A stretch of DNA of 54,578 nucleotides, from positions 1-54,578 of the forward strand of contig JAFGHH010000322.1 in NCBI GenBank assembly GCA_016930215.1, in the 5' to 3' direction. The DNA is from Deltaproteobacteria bacterium. GTDB taxonomy: Bacteria; Myxococcota_A; Polyangia; DRWM01; JAAZOP01. The translations under genes and the position numbers were made by a program. The notes beneath the pieces are model-generated. The model was not told the DNA's origin. It made no database searches and saw only the letters and a program-made list of their open reading frames with translations. Below are positions 17,854-25,850 of this stretch, in pieces. Numbering within the stretch: position 1 is the first letter of the stretch; every line of letters begins with the position of its first letter.

Positions 17854-19238
17854 CGGCCGGGAGCGAGCGGCAGCGCCGTTTGCTGGAGCGGCTGGTCGCG
17901 CGGCTGGAGGCCGACGCCGGGGAAGAGGACTTCTCCATGCGCGTCGCCTACCCCTACCTGCTCGGCGTGTACCTCGGGGTCAACGCCGTGCGGGACGCCT
18001 TCCTCGTCGTGGAGGGCCCCGACTGCAGCTACATGAAGACGCAGTACATCCAGGGCAACCACGACTGGCTGTCCACGCTGACCTCGGTCGCGGGTTACCA
18101 CCGGGTGGCGAACACCGCGCTCCACCCCTCGATGATGACTGCCTCGCGCGAGGAGCCGGTGCGCGCGCTGCTGCGCCGCGTGGCCTCGCGCCCGGCGACG
18201 GGCGGCACGCTGCTCACGACGATGCCGATGGCCGCGATCACCGGCGCGGACTACGACCGGCTGTGCCGCGAGGTCGCCCGCGAGACGCGGAAGGACGTGG
18301 CGCACGTCCCCGGCCGCTCGCTGTCCGGCGACTGGCTCGACGGCTACGACCGCACGCTGTACGCGTTGGCGCGGCAGCTCGATCTGTCCGGCGGCCGGCC
18401 CCGGCCGCGGAAGGTCGCGATCGTCGGCTACCTCCACGACCGCAATGAGGCCGACCACAGCGCCAACCTGCGCGTGCTCCGGGAGATGTGCGAGGCGGTC
18501 GGCCTCGAGCTGACCGGGGTCTGGTTGTCGGGCGGGAGCTGGGCGGGTTTGCGCGGTGTCGGCGACGCCGCGACGATCCTGTCGCTGCCCTACGGCCGCG
18601 CGGCGGCGCGGGAGGTGGCGCGTCGGACGGGCGCCGAGGTCGTCGAGCTGCCGCTGCCGTTCGGCCTGCGGGCCTGCGAGGAGTGGATGCGGGTGCTCGG
18701 CGAGCGTTTCGGCGCCGTCGACCGGGCCCGGGCCTACGTGGATCGCATGCTGGCCGACATCGGGCCGCGGCTGGAGTGGCTGATCCCGTTCCTGTTCCAG
18801 AACCGCGAGGTGGGATATGTCGGCGACCCGCACCTCGTGCCCGGCTTCCGCGACATCGTCGAGCTGCTCGGGGCGCGTCTGCGGTTCGCCGTGCTGACCA
18901 ACCGCCCGGCGCACGCCGGCCTCGCGCGGCCGGCGCTCGAGGGGGTCGCCGGGCTGCCGTGGCCGAAGCTGAAGGCCTTCGTCCACTTCCTGTGCCGGCA
19001 GCTGCTGGACGGGGAGCTGCACCTCCTGGTCGCGAACAACTACGGCATGAGCGTCCCGCTGCCGGACGCCGCGGTGGTCGAGTTCGGCTTCCCGTCGGTC
19101 TACACCCACGCGCTGTACGACCGGCCCTTTTTCGGGTATCCGGGATTCCTGGCGTTCGTCGATACGCTGGCCAACGCGTTGCGCCAGAACGAGCTTGCCC
19201 GCGCGCGGGCGGCGACGCTGGAGGCCGGGGAGTCCTGA
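17850..19238 (+). CDS. nitrogenase component-1-like subunit (NifK/NifN/BchB-like)
   Basis: 462-aa listed ORF. GTG 17850 is in a GTGA overlap. FLVVEGPDCSYMKTQYIQ carries the single conserved Cys region. LLTTMPMAAITGADYD stands where NifK has a TTC...IGDD motif. Rossmann-like segments are KVAIVGYL and EVGYVGDPH. Confidence 0.65.
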   Translation: MTAGSERQRRLLERLVARLEADAGEEDFSMRVAYPYLLGVYLGVNAVRDAFLVVEGPDCSYMKTQYIQGNHDWLSTLTSVAGYHRVANTALHPSMMTASREEPVRALLRRVASRPATGGTLLTTMPMAAITGADYDRLCREVARETRKDVAHVPGRSLSGDWLDGYDRTLYALARQLDLSGGRPRPRKVAIVGYLHDRNEADHSANLRVLREMCEAVGLELTGVWLSGGSWAGLRGVGDAATILSLPYGRAAAREVARRTGAEVVELPLPFGLRACEEWMRVLGERFGAVDRARAYVDRMLADIGPRLEWLIPFLFQNREVGYVGDPHLVPGFRDIVELLGARLRFAVLTNRPAHAGLARPALEGVAGLPWPKLKAFVHFLCRQLLDGELHLLVANNYGMSVPLPDAAVVEFGFPSVYTHALYDRPFFGYPGFLAFVDTLANALRQNELARARAATLEAGES

Positions 19239-20599
19239 TGGCCGGCGGCTCGACGCGCCTGCTGGACGACCTGCGCCGGGCCCTGGAGGTCGCGGCCGGA
19301 AGCTCCGGATGGTCCGTCGGCAGGCCGGTCCTCGCCGACCGCCTCCGCGTGCCGGTCTCCCGGCCGGCCGGTGCCCGCCCGGCGCTCGAGCTCGTGGTCG
19401 AGCAGCGGAGTCCGGCCGCGGCGACCGGCGGCTACGCCGAGGTGGGCGGCTTCCGGTTGTTCTACGCGGCCCCGCGGAACGCGCCGCTCCCGCCGTCCGA
19501 CTCCGTCCCCGTCGCGACGCTGATGGACGCGCTGGTCCGGTGGCTGCGCACTTCCGAGAACGCTCTTGCCGCGCTGTGGACCGTCCGACGGAAGCGCGGG
19601 CGGGGGGGCGGCGGCGCCGCGCCACGCGGCCGGTCGGACCCCCGGACGTCGCGCGTCCTGGAGCCGGGATACGGGCTCGAGCGCGAGCAGATCCTCCGTG
19701 TCGAGTTCCGCTGCAACCAGCGCTGTCCGTTCTGCTTCGTCCGGATCCGGCCCCATCGGCCGGAGTGGGAGACGATCCGGAGGGCCCTCGACCGGGCCAC
19801 GGGCGACCGGCCCGGGGCGAACATCGTCCTCTCCGGGGGCGAGCCGACGTTGCACCCGGAGCTGCTGGAGCTGGTGGCGCGGATCCGCGCGCGCCGGCCG
19901 CGGCGCCTGGTGCTGCAGACCAACGCGGTCCGGCTGGCCGACGCCGGCTTCGCGGACCGGCTGCACGCCGCGGGCGTCCTCATCCACTTCGTCTCGCTGC
20001 ACTCGCACCGCGAGGAGACCTACGACCGGATCACGCGGACGTCGGGGCAGTTCCCGAAGGCGATCCGGGGCATTCGGAACCTGCTCGCCTACGCCGACGC
20101 GGCCGTCACGCTGAACATCCTGGTGAACCGGCTGAACGTCCGCTCGCTGTCCGGGTACGTCCGGTTCGTGGGCCGGTTGCGCGGGGCGGACGGCCGGCCG
20201 CCCGGCCTGTTCTTCACGGTGATGAACGACGTGGGCCTGGCCCGGGCTCCCGAGCTGGCGGTCCCGCTGGAGACGGTTGCGCCTGCGCTGGCTCGCGCCG
20301 TCGCGCTCTGCGCGGAACTGGGCATCCGAGTGGACCCGTTCACCGGCGAGTGCGCGCCGCCGCTCTGCGTGCTGCGGGACCCGGCGCCCTACGCGCGGAA
20401 GTCCGAGGACGGGTTCCGCGGGGCGCTCTACGTCGAGCCCGGCGCGGAGTTCGCGCCGCACCGGCGGGTGAAGCGGGTCGAGTGCCGGACGTGCCGGTAC
20501 GACGCGGTGTGCGTGGGGGTCAGCGGCGCCTACGCGCGACGGTTCGGACTGGAGGCGCTGAAGCCGTTCCGCGGCCCCCGGCTGTCGCTCCACGATTGA
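19238..20599 (+). CDS. radical SAM protein (Cx2Cx5C-tail family), paralog of 13568..14920
   Basis: ATG 19238 shares one base with the upstream TGA and was chosen inside listed ORF 18488..20599. Motifs are LRVEFRCNQRCPFC, LSGGEPTLHPEL and a C-terminal CRTCRYDAVC...GLEALKP. Confidence 0.8.
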   Translation: MAGGSTRLLDDLRRALEVAAGSSGWSVGRPVLADRLRVPVSRPAGARPALELVVEQRSPAAATGGYAEVGGFRLFYAAPRNAPLPPSDSVPVATLMDALVRWLRTSENALAALWTVRRKRGRGGGGAAPRGRSDPRTSRVLEPGYGLEREQILRVEFRCNQRCPFCFVRIRPHRPEWETIRRALDRATGDRPGANIVLSGGEPTLHPELLELVARIRARRPRRLVLQTNAVRLADAGFADRLHAAGVLIHFVSLHSHREETYDRITRTSGQFPKAIRGIRNLLAYADAAVTLNILVNRLNVRSLSGYVRFVGRLRGADGRPPGLFFTVMNDVGLARAPELAVPLETVAPALARAVALCAELGIRVDPFTGECAPPLCVLRDPAPYARKSEDGFRGALYVEPGAEFAPHRRVKRVECRTCRYDAVCVGVSGAYARRFGLEALKPFRGPRLSLHD

Positions 20600-20631
20600 C
20601 ACCCCCCGCCGCGCGGGTTCACCGTTCCGGC

Positions 20632-22320
20632 GTGGACCACGACGACGCACCGGCGGCCGGGTCCGAGTCGCCGTTGGCCCGTGCCCGGTCGCTCGAGAAC
20701 TCCAGCCGCCCCGCCGAGGCCGAGGCGGCTGTGCGCCCGCTCGCGGCCCGCGCCGCCCGCGTGCTGCCCCGGCTGCTCGCGCGGCTCGTCCGGGAGGCGT
20801 CGGGCGAGGGCGAGGCGCCGCGCTCGCGGTACTGGACGCTGCTCGAGTTCGACCCTTTCCGGCGCGCGTTCCTGGCGCGACTGGCGCGACGGCCGGCCGA
20901 CCTGGGGCGCGTCGCCTCGGCGATGCGCGCCGCGCTCGACGGTGATCCCGCCCGCAACGCCGTGCGGACGCTGCTTGGGGACGTCCTCTTGGTGCAGGGA
21001 AAACAGGCGGCGGCCGAGCGGCTCGCGAAGGACGCGTTCCGGCGCGGCCGGACGGGCGGGGAGGACTCCCGCTTCCGGCTGCTGCTGCGGCTCGTGGATC
21101 GCGGCCGGTACGGCCGGGCGCTGGAGCGGTCCGTGCTGGCGCGGCTGTGGGAGGCGTCGCCGTCGGACCGGCTCCTCGTCGAGTGGTCGCAGTTCTACTC
21201 GGCCCTGATGTGCACCGGTCGCTACCGGGCCGCGTTCCGCGTGGCCGAGGCGGTGCTGGACAAGCTTGGGCGGTTCGAGTCGTTGTTGCCGCTGCAGTGG
21301 CCGTGGTGGCGGAGGGTCGGCCGGGCGGTGAACGAGGAGCGCTTCCTCGCGCGCGAGCTGCAGCGGCTTCGGGCCGCCTCGCGCTCGGGCCGCTTCCCCC
21401 ACTGGTTCGCCTACTATCGCGCGGTGCTGTCGGGCCAGCTCGGTCGCCTGCGCGAGGCGCTGGCGGAGTTTCCGCGCCTGGCGCGCCTCGCACCGAACCG
21501 CTACTCGTGGATGCGCCAGGCGTTCGTCCCCGTGCACCTCGAGCGGCTCGACTTCCGGGGCGTGATCGCCGCCTGCCGCGCCGTCCTGCGGCACGCGCCG
21601 GACCAGTGGTGGGTGCGGTGCCGGATGGCGGAGGCGTACTTGGCGCTGGGCGACCACGCGGAGGCGTTGCGCCAGCTCCGGCGGGCCCGGGCCGGAGCCG
21701 ACCCGCGGGTGGTGCGGGAGGTCCTGACCTGGCACGGCGAGGTGCTGCTGTGGCTGGGGCGGTACCGGGCGGCCCTGCGTCTCCTCGACCGTGCGATCCG
21801 GCTCGGCGCCACGACCTTCGTCTACGGCTGGCGCGGCGCCGCTCGGCTGAAGCTCGGGGACGCCGAAGGCGCGCTGGAGGATCTCGACCGTGCGATCGAG
21901 TTGGACGCGAAGGACATCGAGGCGTACGTGTGGCGGGGCGAGGCGCACCGGCTCGCGGGTCGGTACGCCGCGGCGCTCCGCGACCTGGATCGCTTCCTCG
22001 AGTCCCAGCCGGATTGCTGCTGGGGCCTGTTCAACCGTGGCCTGGTGCGGGCCGAGCTGGGCGACGACGCCGGCCTGGCCGCGGATCTCGCCGCCGTTCC
22101 GCGGGGGGTGGATCTCGCCGTCCGGCGCAGGCTGGACCTCCCCGACGACCGGGCGTTGACGGCGGCGGAGCAGCGTGCCCTGGCGACCGCCGCGCTGGAG
22201 TTGGGCCGGGGCATCCGGCGGTGGGAACCGTACCTGTATCCTATCTGGCTGGGTCGCGACGGACGCCCCGTGGAGCGCGACGCGAGACGACGGGCGCGCC
22301 GCGGCGCAGGCGGTCCTTGA
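20632..22320 (+). CDS. TPR-repeat protein
   Basis: GTG 20632 was chosen inside listed ORF 19195..22320; the start is uncertain. The C-terminal half has repeated TPR-like helices: AEAYLALGDHAEALRQLRRA, GRYRAALRLLDRAIRL, GDAEGALEDLDRAIELD and GRYAAALRDLDRFLES. Confidence 0.65.
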   Translation: MDHDDAPAAGSESPLARARSLENSSRPAEAEAAVRPLAARAARVLPRLLARLVREASGEGEAPRSRYWTLLEFDPFRRAFLARLARRPADLGRVASAMRAALDGDPARNAVRTLLGDVLLVQGKQAAAERLAKDAFRRGRTGGEDSRFRLLLRLVDRGRYGRALERSVLARLWEASPSDRLLVEWSQFYSALMCTGRYRAAFRVAEAVLDKLGRFESLLPLQWPWWRRVGRAVNEERFLARELQRLRAASRSGRFPHWFAYYRAVLSGQLGRLREALAEFPRLARLAPNRYSWMRQAFVPVHLERLDFRGVIAACRAVLRHAPDQWWVRCRMAEAYLALGDHAEALRQLRRARAGADPRVVREVLTWHGEVLLWLGRYRAALRLLDRAIRLGATTFVYGWRGAARLKLGDAEGALEDLDRAIELDAKDIEAYVWRGEAHRLAGRYAAALRDLDRFLESQPDCCWGLFNRGLVRAELGDDAGLAADLAAVPRGVDLAVRRRLDLPDDRALTAAEQRALATAALELGRGIRRWEPYLYPIWLGRDGRPVERDARRRARRGAGGP

Positions 22321-23050
22321 GCGCCTCGGTCCGGACGTGGTCGTGCTCCAGCCGGCGGAGCAGGGCCGCCTCGGCCGGGCTGCGGCGGACGACGGCCCGG
22401 ACCGCGCCGCCGGCCATCACGAGGCGCCGGTCGGCGCGCAGCGCGATCAGCGGGTCGTGCGTGGCCACCAGCGCGATCACCCGGTGGGCCAGCAGGAAGT
22501 CGAGCGCCCGCAGGCGGTCGATCCCGGCGTTCTCCAGCTCGTCGATCAGCACCACCGGGCAGGCGCTGACCAGCACGACGTCGGCGACCATCAGCGCGCG
22601 CGCCTGTCCGCCGCTCAGGAGCGCCAGCGGCACGTCGGCGTCGAACGGTTCGCCGACCAGGCCGTTGGCCGCCGCGAGCGCTTCGGCCGCCAACGCCGCC
22701 GGCTGGGCCCGGCCGCGGTGCTCGGCGTGGAGTCGCAGGAACTCGCCGGCCGTGGCGTCGAGGTAGAAGCCCATCGCCTGGCTCAGGCGGGCCACGAGGG
22801 TTTCGGGCGTCCGTCCCCTGGAGTCCGCCCCCTCGAGGCGCACGCGCCGGCCGGAGGGCGAGTCGCCGCGCGCCAGGCGTTCGACGTCGGCCAGCAGCCG
22901 GGTCTTGCCCGAGCCGGTGGGGCCGACGACGGCCAGCACCTCGCCGGCCTTCACCTGGAGGAGGCGCACGGGCTCCGGCTTGCCGTCCTTGCCGGTCCCA
23001 CCCTCGACGAGCAGCCGCAGCGAGCGGGGTCGAGCCTTCCCGGTCTTCAT
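22241..23050 (-). CDS. ABC-type ATPase (no adjacent permease)
   Basis: ATG 23050 (MKTGKARP...) is in an ATGA overlap with the upstream stop. It has Walker A GPTGSGKT, signature LSGGQ and Walker B VVLIDE. Confidence 0.75.
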   Translation of the reverse strand: MKTGKARPRSLRLLVEGGTGKDGKPEPVRLLQVKAGEVLAVVGPTGSGKTRLLADVERLARGDSPSGRRVRLEGADSRGRTPETLVARLSQAMGFYLDATAGEFLRLHAEHRGRAQPAALAAEALAAANGLVGEPFDADVPLALLSGGQARALMVADVVLVSACPVVLIDELENAGIDRLRALDFLLAHRVIALVATHDPLIALRADRRLVMAGGAVRAVVRRSPAEAALLRRLEHDHVRTEALKDRLRRGAPVVSRRAPRGVRRDPAR

Positions 23051-23685
23051 CGGATCCCTCCCCGGCACAGTGCGCAGCTTCCCCGCGGCAGGGGATGACG
23101 CAAGTGCTCCTCCGGCAGCAGCTCGATCGGCGGCAGCTTCCGCAGCCACGCCGCCAGCGCCTCGACCCCCTCACCGGTCAGGCCGTTCACCTCCAGGATC
23201 GGCAGCCCGGGCCGCAGGCGTCGGAGGACCGACCGCAGCACCTCGCGCTCGGCCTGGCTGACCAGCTCGCCCCGGGTCAGGACGACCGCATCGGCGCCCT
23301 CGATCAGCGGTCGCATCTTGGCCGGCGCGCGGAGGTTGCAGGCGGTCGACAGGACGCACAGGCTCGGGACGCGGCGCAGGAACGGGCTGCAGCGGTCGCA
23401 GAGGCCGGCGGTCTCGACGACGGCGAGGTCGGCGCCGCGCGCGGCGGCCCCGACGGCGAAGTCGCCGATCGCGACGGCGGTGTGGTGGTCCGGGCACAGC
23501 TCGCGGCTCAGCGTGACCTGCAGCTCGACGCCCGCGGCGCGGTACGCTTCCCGGTCGTGCGCGACGAGGCAGTCGCACTTGAGCGCCGCGACGCGGAGGC
23601 CGCGGCGCGCGAGGCGGCCGAGGGCCCGGGCGAGCACGGCGGTCTTGCCGGAGGCGGGCGGGCCGGCGGCGATCACCAGGCGCAC
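23047..23685 (-). CDS. G3E-type P-loop GTPase (HypB/UreG/CobW-like metallochaperone candidate)
   Basis: GTG 23685 is preceded by GGAGGAGG and was chosen inside listed ORF 23047..25599. Motifs are VIAAGPPASGKT, VETAGLCDRCSP, VVLTRGE and a C-terminal CALC. Confidence 0.65.
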   Translation of the reverse strand: MRLVIAAGPPASGKTAVLARALGRLARRGLRVAALKCDCLVAHDREAYRAAGVELQVTLSRELCPDHHTAVAIGDFAVGAAARGADLAVVETAGLCDRCSPFLRRVPSLCVLSTACNLRAPAKMRPLIEGADAVVLTRGELVSQAEREVLRSVLRRLRPGLPILEVNGLTGEGVEALAAWLRKLPPIELLPEEHLRHPLPRGSCALCRGGIR

Positions 23686-25028
23686 GGTGCCTCCTCCCGT
23701 GGGCCGTGCGGCACCGGTCGCAGCTCGTCCGTGCCGTACAGGTTCGCGTACGCGCGGTAGACGCCGAGGCAGCCGCGGCGGTGGACGCACGTCGCGCAGC
23801 CCGGCGGCTTGTGGCGCAGGAAGTCCAGGCCGGCGCGGTGCTGCAGGCTCCGGTCGCCCAGATCGACAACGTCGAAGATCGACATGTAGCGCTCCATGTC
23901 CCATTCGCGGTGCGCCGGCATCACGCAGGCCGGGACGCCGCGGAAGGTGAGCGGCAGGCCCAGGCGCCGGGCCTCGTCGAGCGCGGCCTCGAGGTGCGGG
24001 GTCGCCTCGGTCAGGCGGGGCACGAGCGCTCGGCGGTGCGCCCAGGCGTTCTCCTCGGGCATCACGAAATCGATCGCGGGGAGGTAGAGCCCGCGCCGGT
24101 CCCGCGCCAGCTCGGCGAGCAGCCGCACCAGCTCGGGCAGCAGGTGCATGTTGAGCCGGGTCAGCACCGAGATGCTCCCGACCACCAGCTCGTCGTGCGC
24201 CATCACGCGCCGGATGCCGTCCAGCACCTGGGTGTAGGCGTCGCGGCGCCAGAGCCGCCGGGAGACCGCGGGGTCGGGGGCGTCGAACGAGAAGCCGACG
24301 GCATCGACGCCGGCCTCCAGCAGCCGCTCGAGGTTGCGGCCCGCGCCGAGCAGGCTGGCGTTGGTGACGAGGATCACCCGCCGGTAGCCGAGCGCGCGTC
24401 CGCGCCGGATGATGCGCAGGAGGTCCGGGTGCAGCGACGGCTCGCCGCCGGTCAGCGACAAGCATTCCAGTCCGAGGCGGCGACCGTGGTGCAGGTCGGC
24501 CTCGAGCGCCTCGAGGCTGCGCGTGCTGCGCTTCTCGTGGCCCAGCAGGCAGTAGCGGCAGTTGAAGTTGCAGCGCGTTCCGAGGCGCAGATCCAGGTAC
24601 GGGAAGAGGGCGCGGAGATACGCGGTCACCGCCCGCGGCGGCGGCGGACCGTCGTCGGCGTGGGCGCGCTCCCGCGGGCTGATCACGGTGATCGAAGGGC
24701 GGCCGACCGCCTCGCGGACCTCGCGCAGGATTTCCAGCTCGAGCGCCAGGCGGTCGCCGTCGAGGTCGGTCCCGGCCGCGGTCCGTCGCGCGAGTCGCTC
24801 CAGCGTCTCGGCGTCGGCCAGCCCGTAGCGGCGGTCCCGGTCCGTCCCCCGTTCGATCAAGCCGTGCGAGCGCAGCTCGTCGAGCGCTGCGGGAACGACC
24901 TTCGGCTCGAGCCGGGCGAGGTGGGCGAGCCGGGCGTGCGGCTCGCGGCGGAACTGGAGGAACGACAGCAGCAGCGCGGAGGCCGCGGGCGAGAGCCGCC
25001 AGATCTTCGTCAGGGCTTCGAGCTCCAT
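23673..25028 (-). CDS. radical SAM protein with N-terminal winged-helix-like domain (Cx2Cx5C-tail family)
   Basis: 451-aa listed ORF. Motifs are VVPAALDELRSHGLIERG, LGTRCNFNCRYC, LTGGEPSLHPDL and a C-terminal CATCVHRRGC...GTDELRP. Confidence 0.8.
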   Translation of the reverse strand: MELEALTKIWRLSPAASALLLSFLQFRREPHARLAHLARLEPKVVPAALDELRSHGLIERGTDRDRRYGLADAETLERLARRTAAGTDLDGDRLALELEILREVREAVGRPSITVISPRERAHADDGPPPPRAVTAYLRALFPYLDLRLGTRCNFNCRYCLLGHEKRSTRSLEALEADLHHGRRLGLECLSLTGGEPSLHPDLLRIIRRGRALGYRRVILVTNASLLGAGRNLERLLEAGVDAVGFSFDAPDPAVSRRLWRRDAYTQVLDGIRRVMAHDELVVGSISVLTRLNMHLLPELVRLLAELARDRRGLYLPAIDFVMPEENAWAHRRALVPRLTEATPHLEAALDEARRLGLPLTFRGVPACVMPAHREWDMERYMSIFDVVDLGDRSLQHRAGLDFLRHKPPGCATCVHRRGCLGVYRAYANLYGTDELRPVPHGPREEAPCAW

Positions 25029-25055
25029 CGCCCCGTGTCTCCCCGGTCGCCCGGC

Positions 25056-25835
25056 TCAGAGGTCCAGGATTCCGACGCGCTGCCGTCCGAGGCAGTAGGA
25101 ACAGTAGAACTGGGGCAGACCGGCGCGCAGCCCGTCCTTCCCCGGGCGCCCGAGCAGCGCCGCCGTCCGTTTCCACAGCGCCTCGGCCCCTTCGCCGGTG
25201 AGGCCGTCCAGCGTGAGCGCGGCGGTCCGGCCCAGGTCGCGCGCCGCCGCGAGCAGCATCTCCCGCTCGGCGGGCGTGACCCGGTCCGGTCGGGTCAGCA
25301 CGCAGAGATCGCACGTCGTCAGCATCGGCCCGACCTTGGCGAGCGCCCCGCGGCCGGCGGACGCGTCGGCCGCAAACAGCGCCGCGCCGCGGACCGGGTA
25401 CGGGCTGCAGCGGCAGCAGAGCCCGGCGCTCTCCACGAGCAGCAGGTCCGCGTGCTCGCCCGCCGCCCAGTCCCGCATCTCCGGCAGGGCGAGGGCCAGC
25501 ACGTGGTCCGGGCAGGTGTCGCCGGCGGTCCAGCGCCGCCAGGGGACCGCGCGCGGCCCGGCGGTCGTCCAAACCGGGCGCGGTTCTGAAGGGAAGCACT
25601 CCAGCGCGGCGACGGCCGGCCGCCGAGACGCGGCCAGGGCCCGGCGGCCGAGCCAGCGGAGCACCGCCGACTTGCCGCTCGACGGGAACCCCGCCACCAC
25701 GACGCAGTCCACGGGCACGACGGCGGCGTCCGGACGCGAAGCCGGGCGACGCGTCGTCCCTCCGCTTCTCCCCGGTCCGCCGAGTTGTCTCGCTCCCACG
25801 TCCCGGACGCTACCATTCGTGGTGGATCGCGGCAA
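25056..25835 (-). CDS. G3E-type P-loop GTPase, paralog of 23047..23685
   Basis: Motifs are VVAGFPSSGKS, VESAGLCCRCSP, CVLTRPD and a C-terminal CSYC. The listed TTG start at 25835 is uncertain. In-frame GTGs at 25718 and 25712 would give an N-terminus like the paralog. Confidence 0.6.
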   Translation of the reverse strand: MPRSTTNGSVRDVGARQLGGPGRSGGTTRRPASRPDAAVVPVDCVVVAGFPSSGKSAVLRWLGRRALAASRRPAVAALECFPSEPRPVWTTAGPRAVPWRRWTAGDTCPDHVLALALPEMRDWAAGEHADLLLVESAGLCCRCSPYPVRGAALFAADASAGRGALAKVGPMLTTCDLCVLTRPDRVTPAEREMLLAAARDLGRTAALTLDGLTGEGAEALWKRTAALLGRPGKDGLRAGLPQFYCSYCLGRQRVGILDL

Positions 25836-25850
25836 CGGCGGGCGACCCGT

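Noticed and set aside
14984-19238. A genuine nitrogen-fixation nifHDK operon, or a DPOR/COR (bchLNB/bchXYZ) operon.
   Set aside because: The K-like subunit lacks the second and third P-cluster cysteines. No nifB, nifE, nifN, nifV or similar gene, and no bch/chl core gene, is nearby. The D-like subunit has atypical long extensions. A nitrogenase-like enzyme of unknown function fits better.
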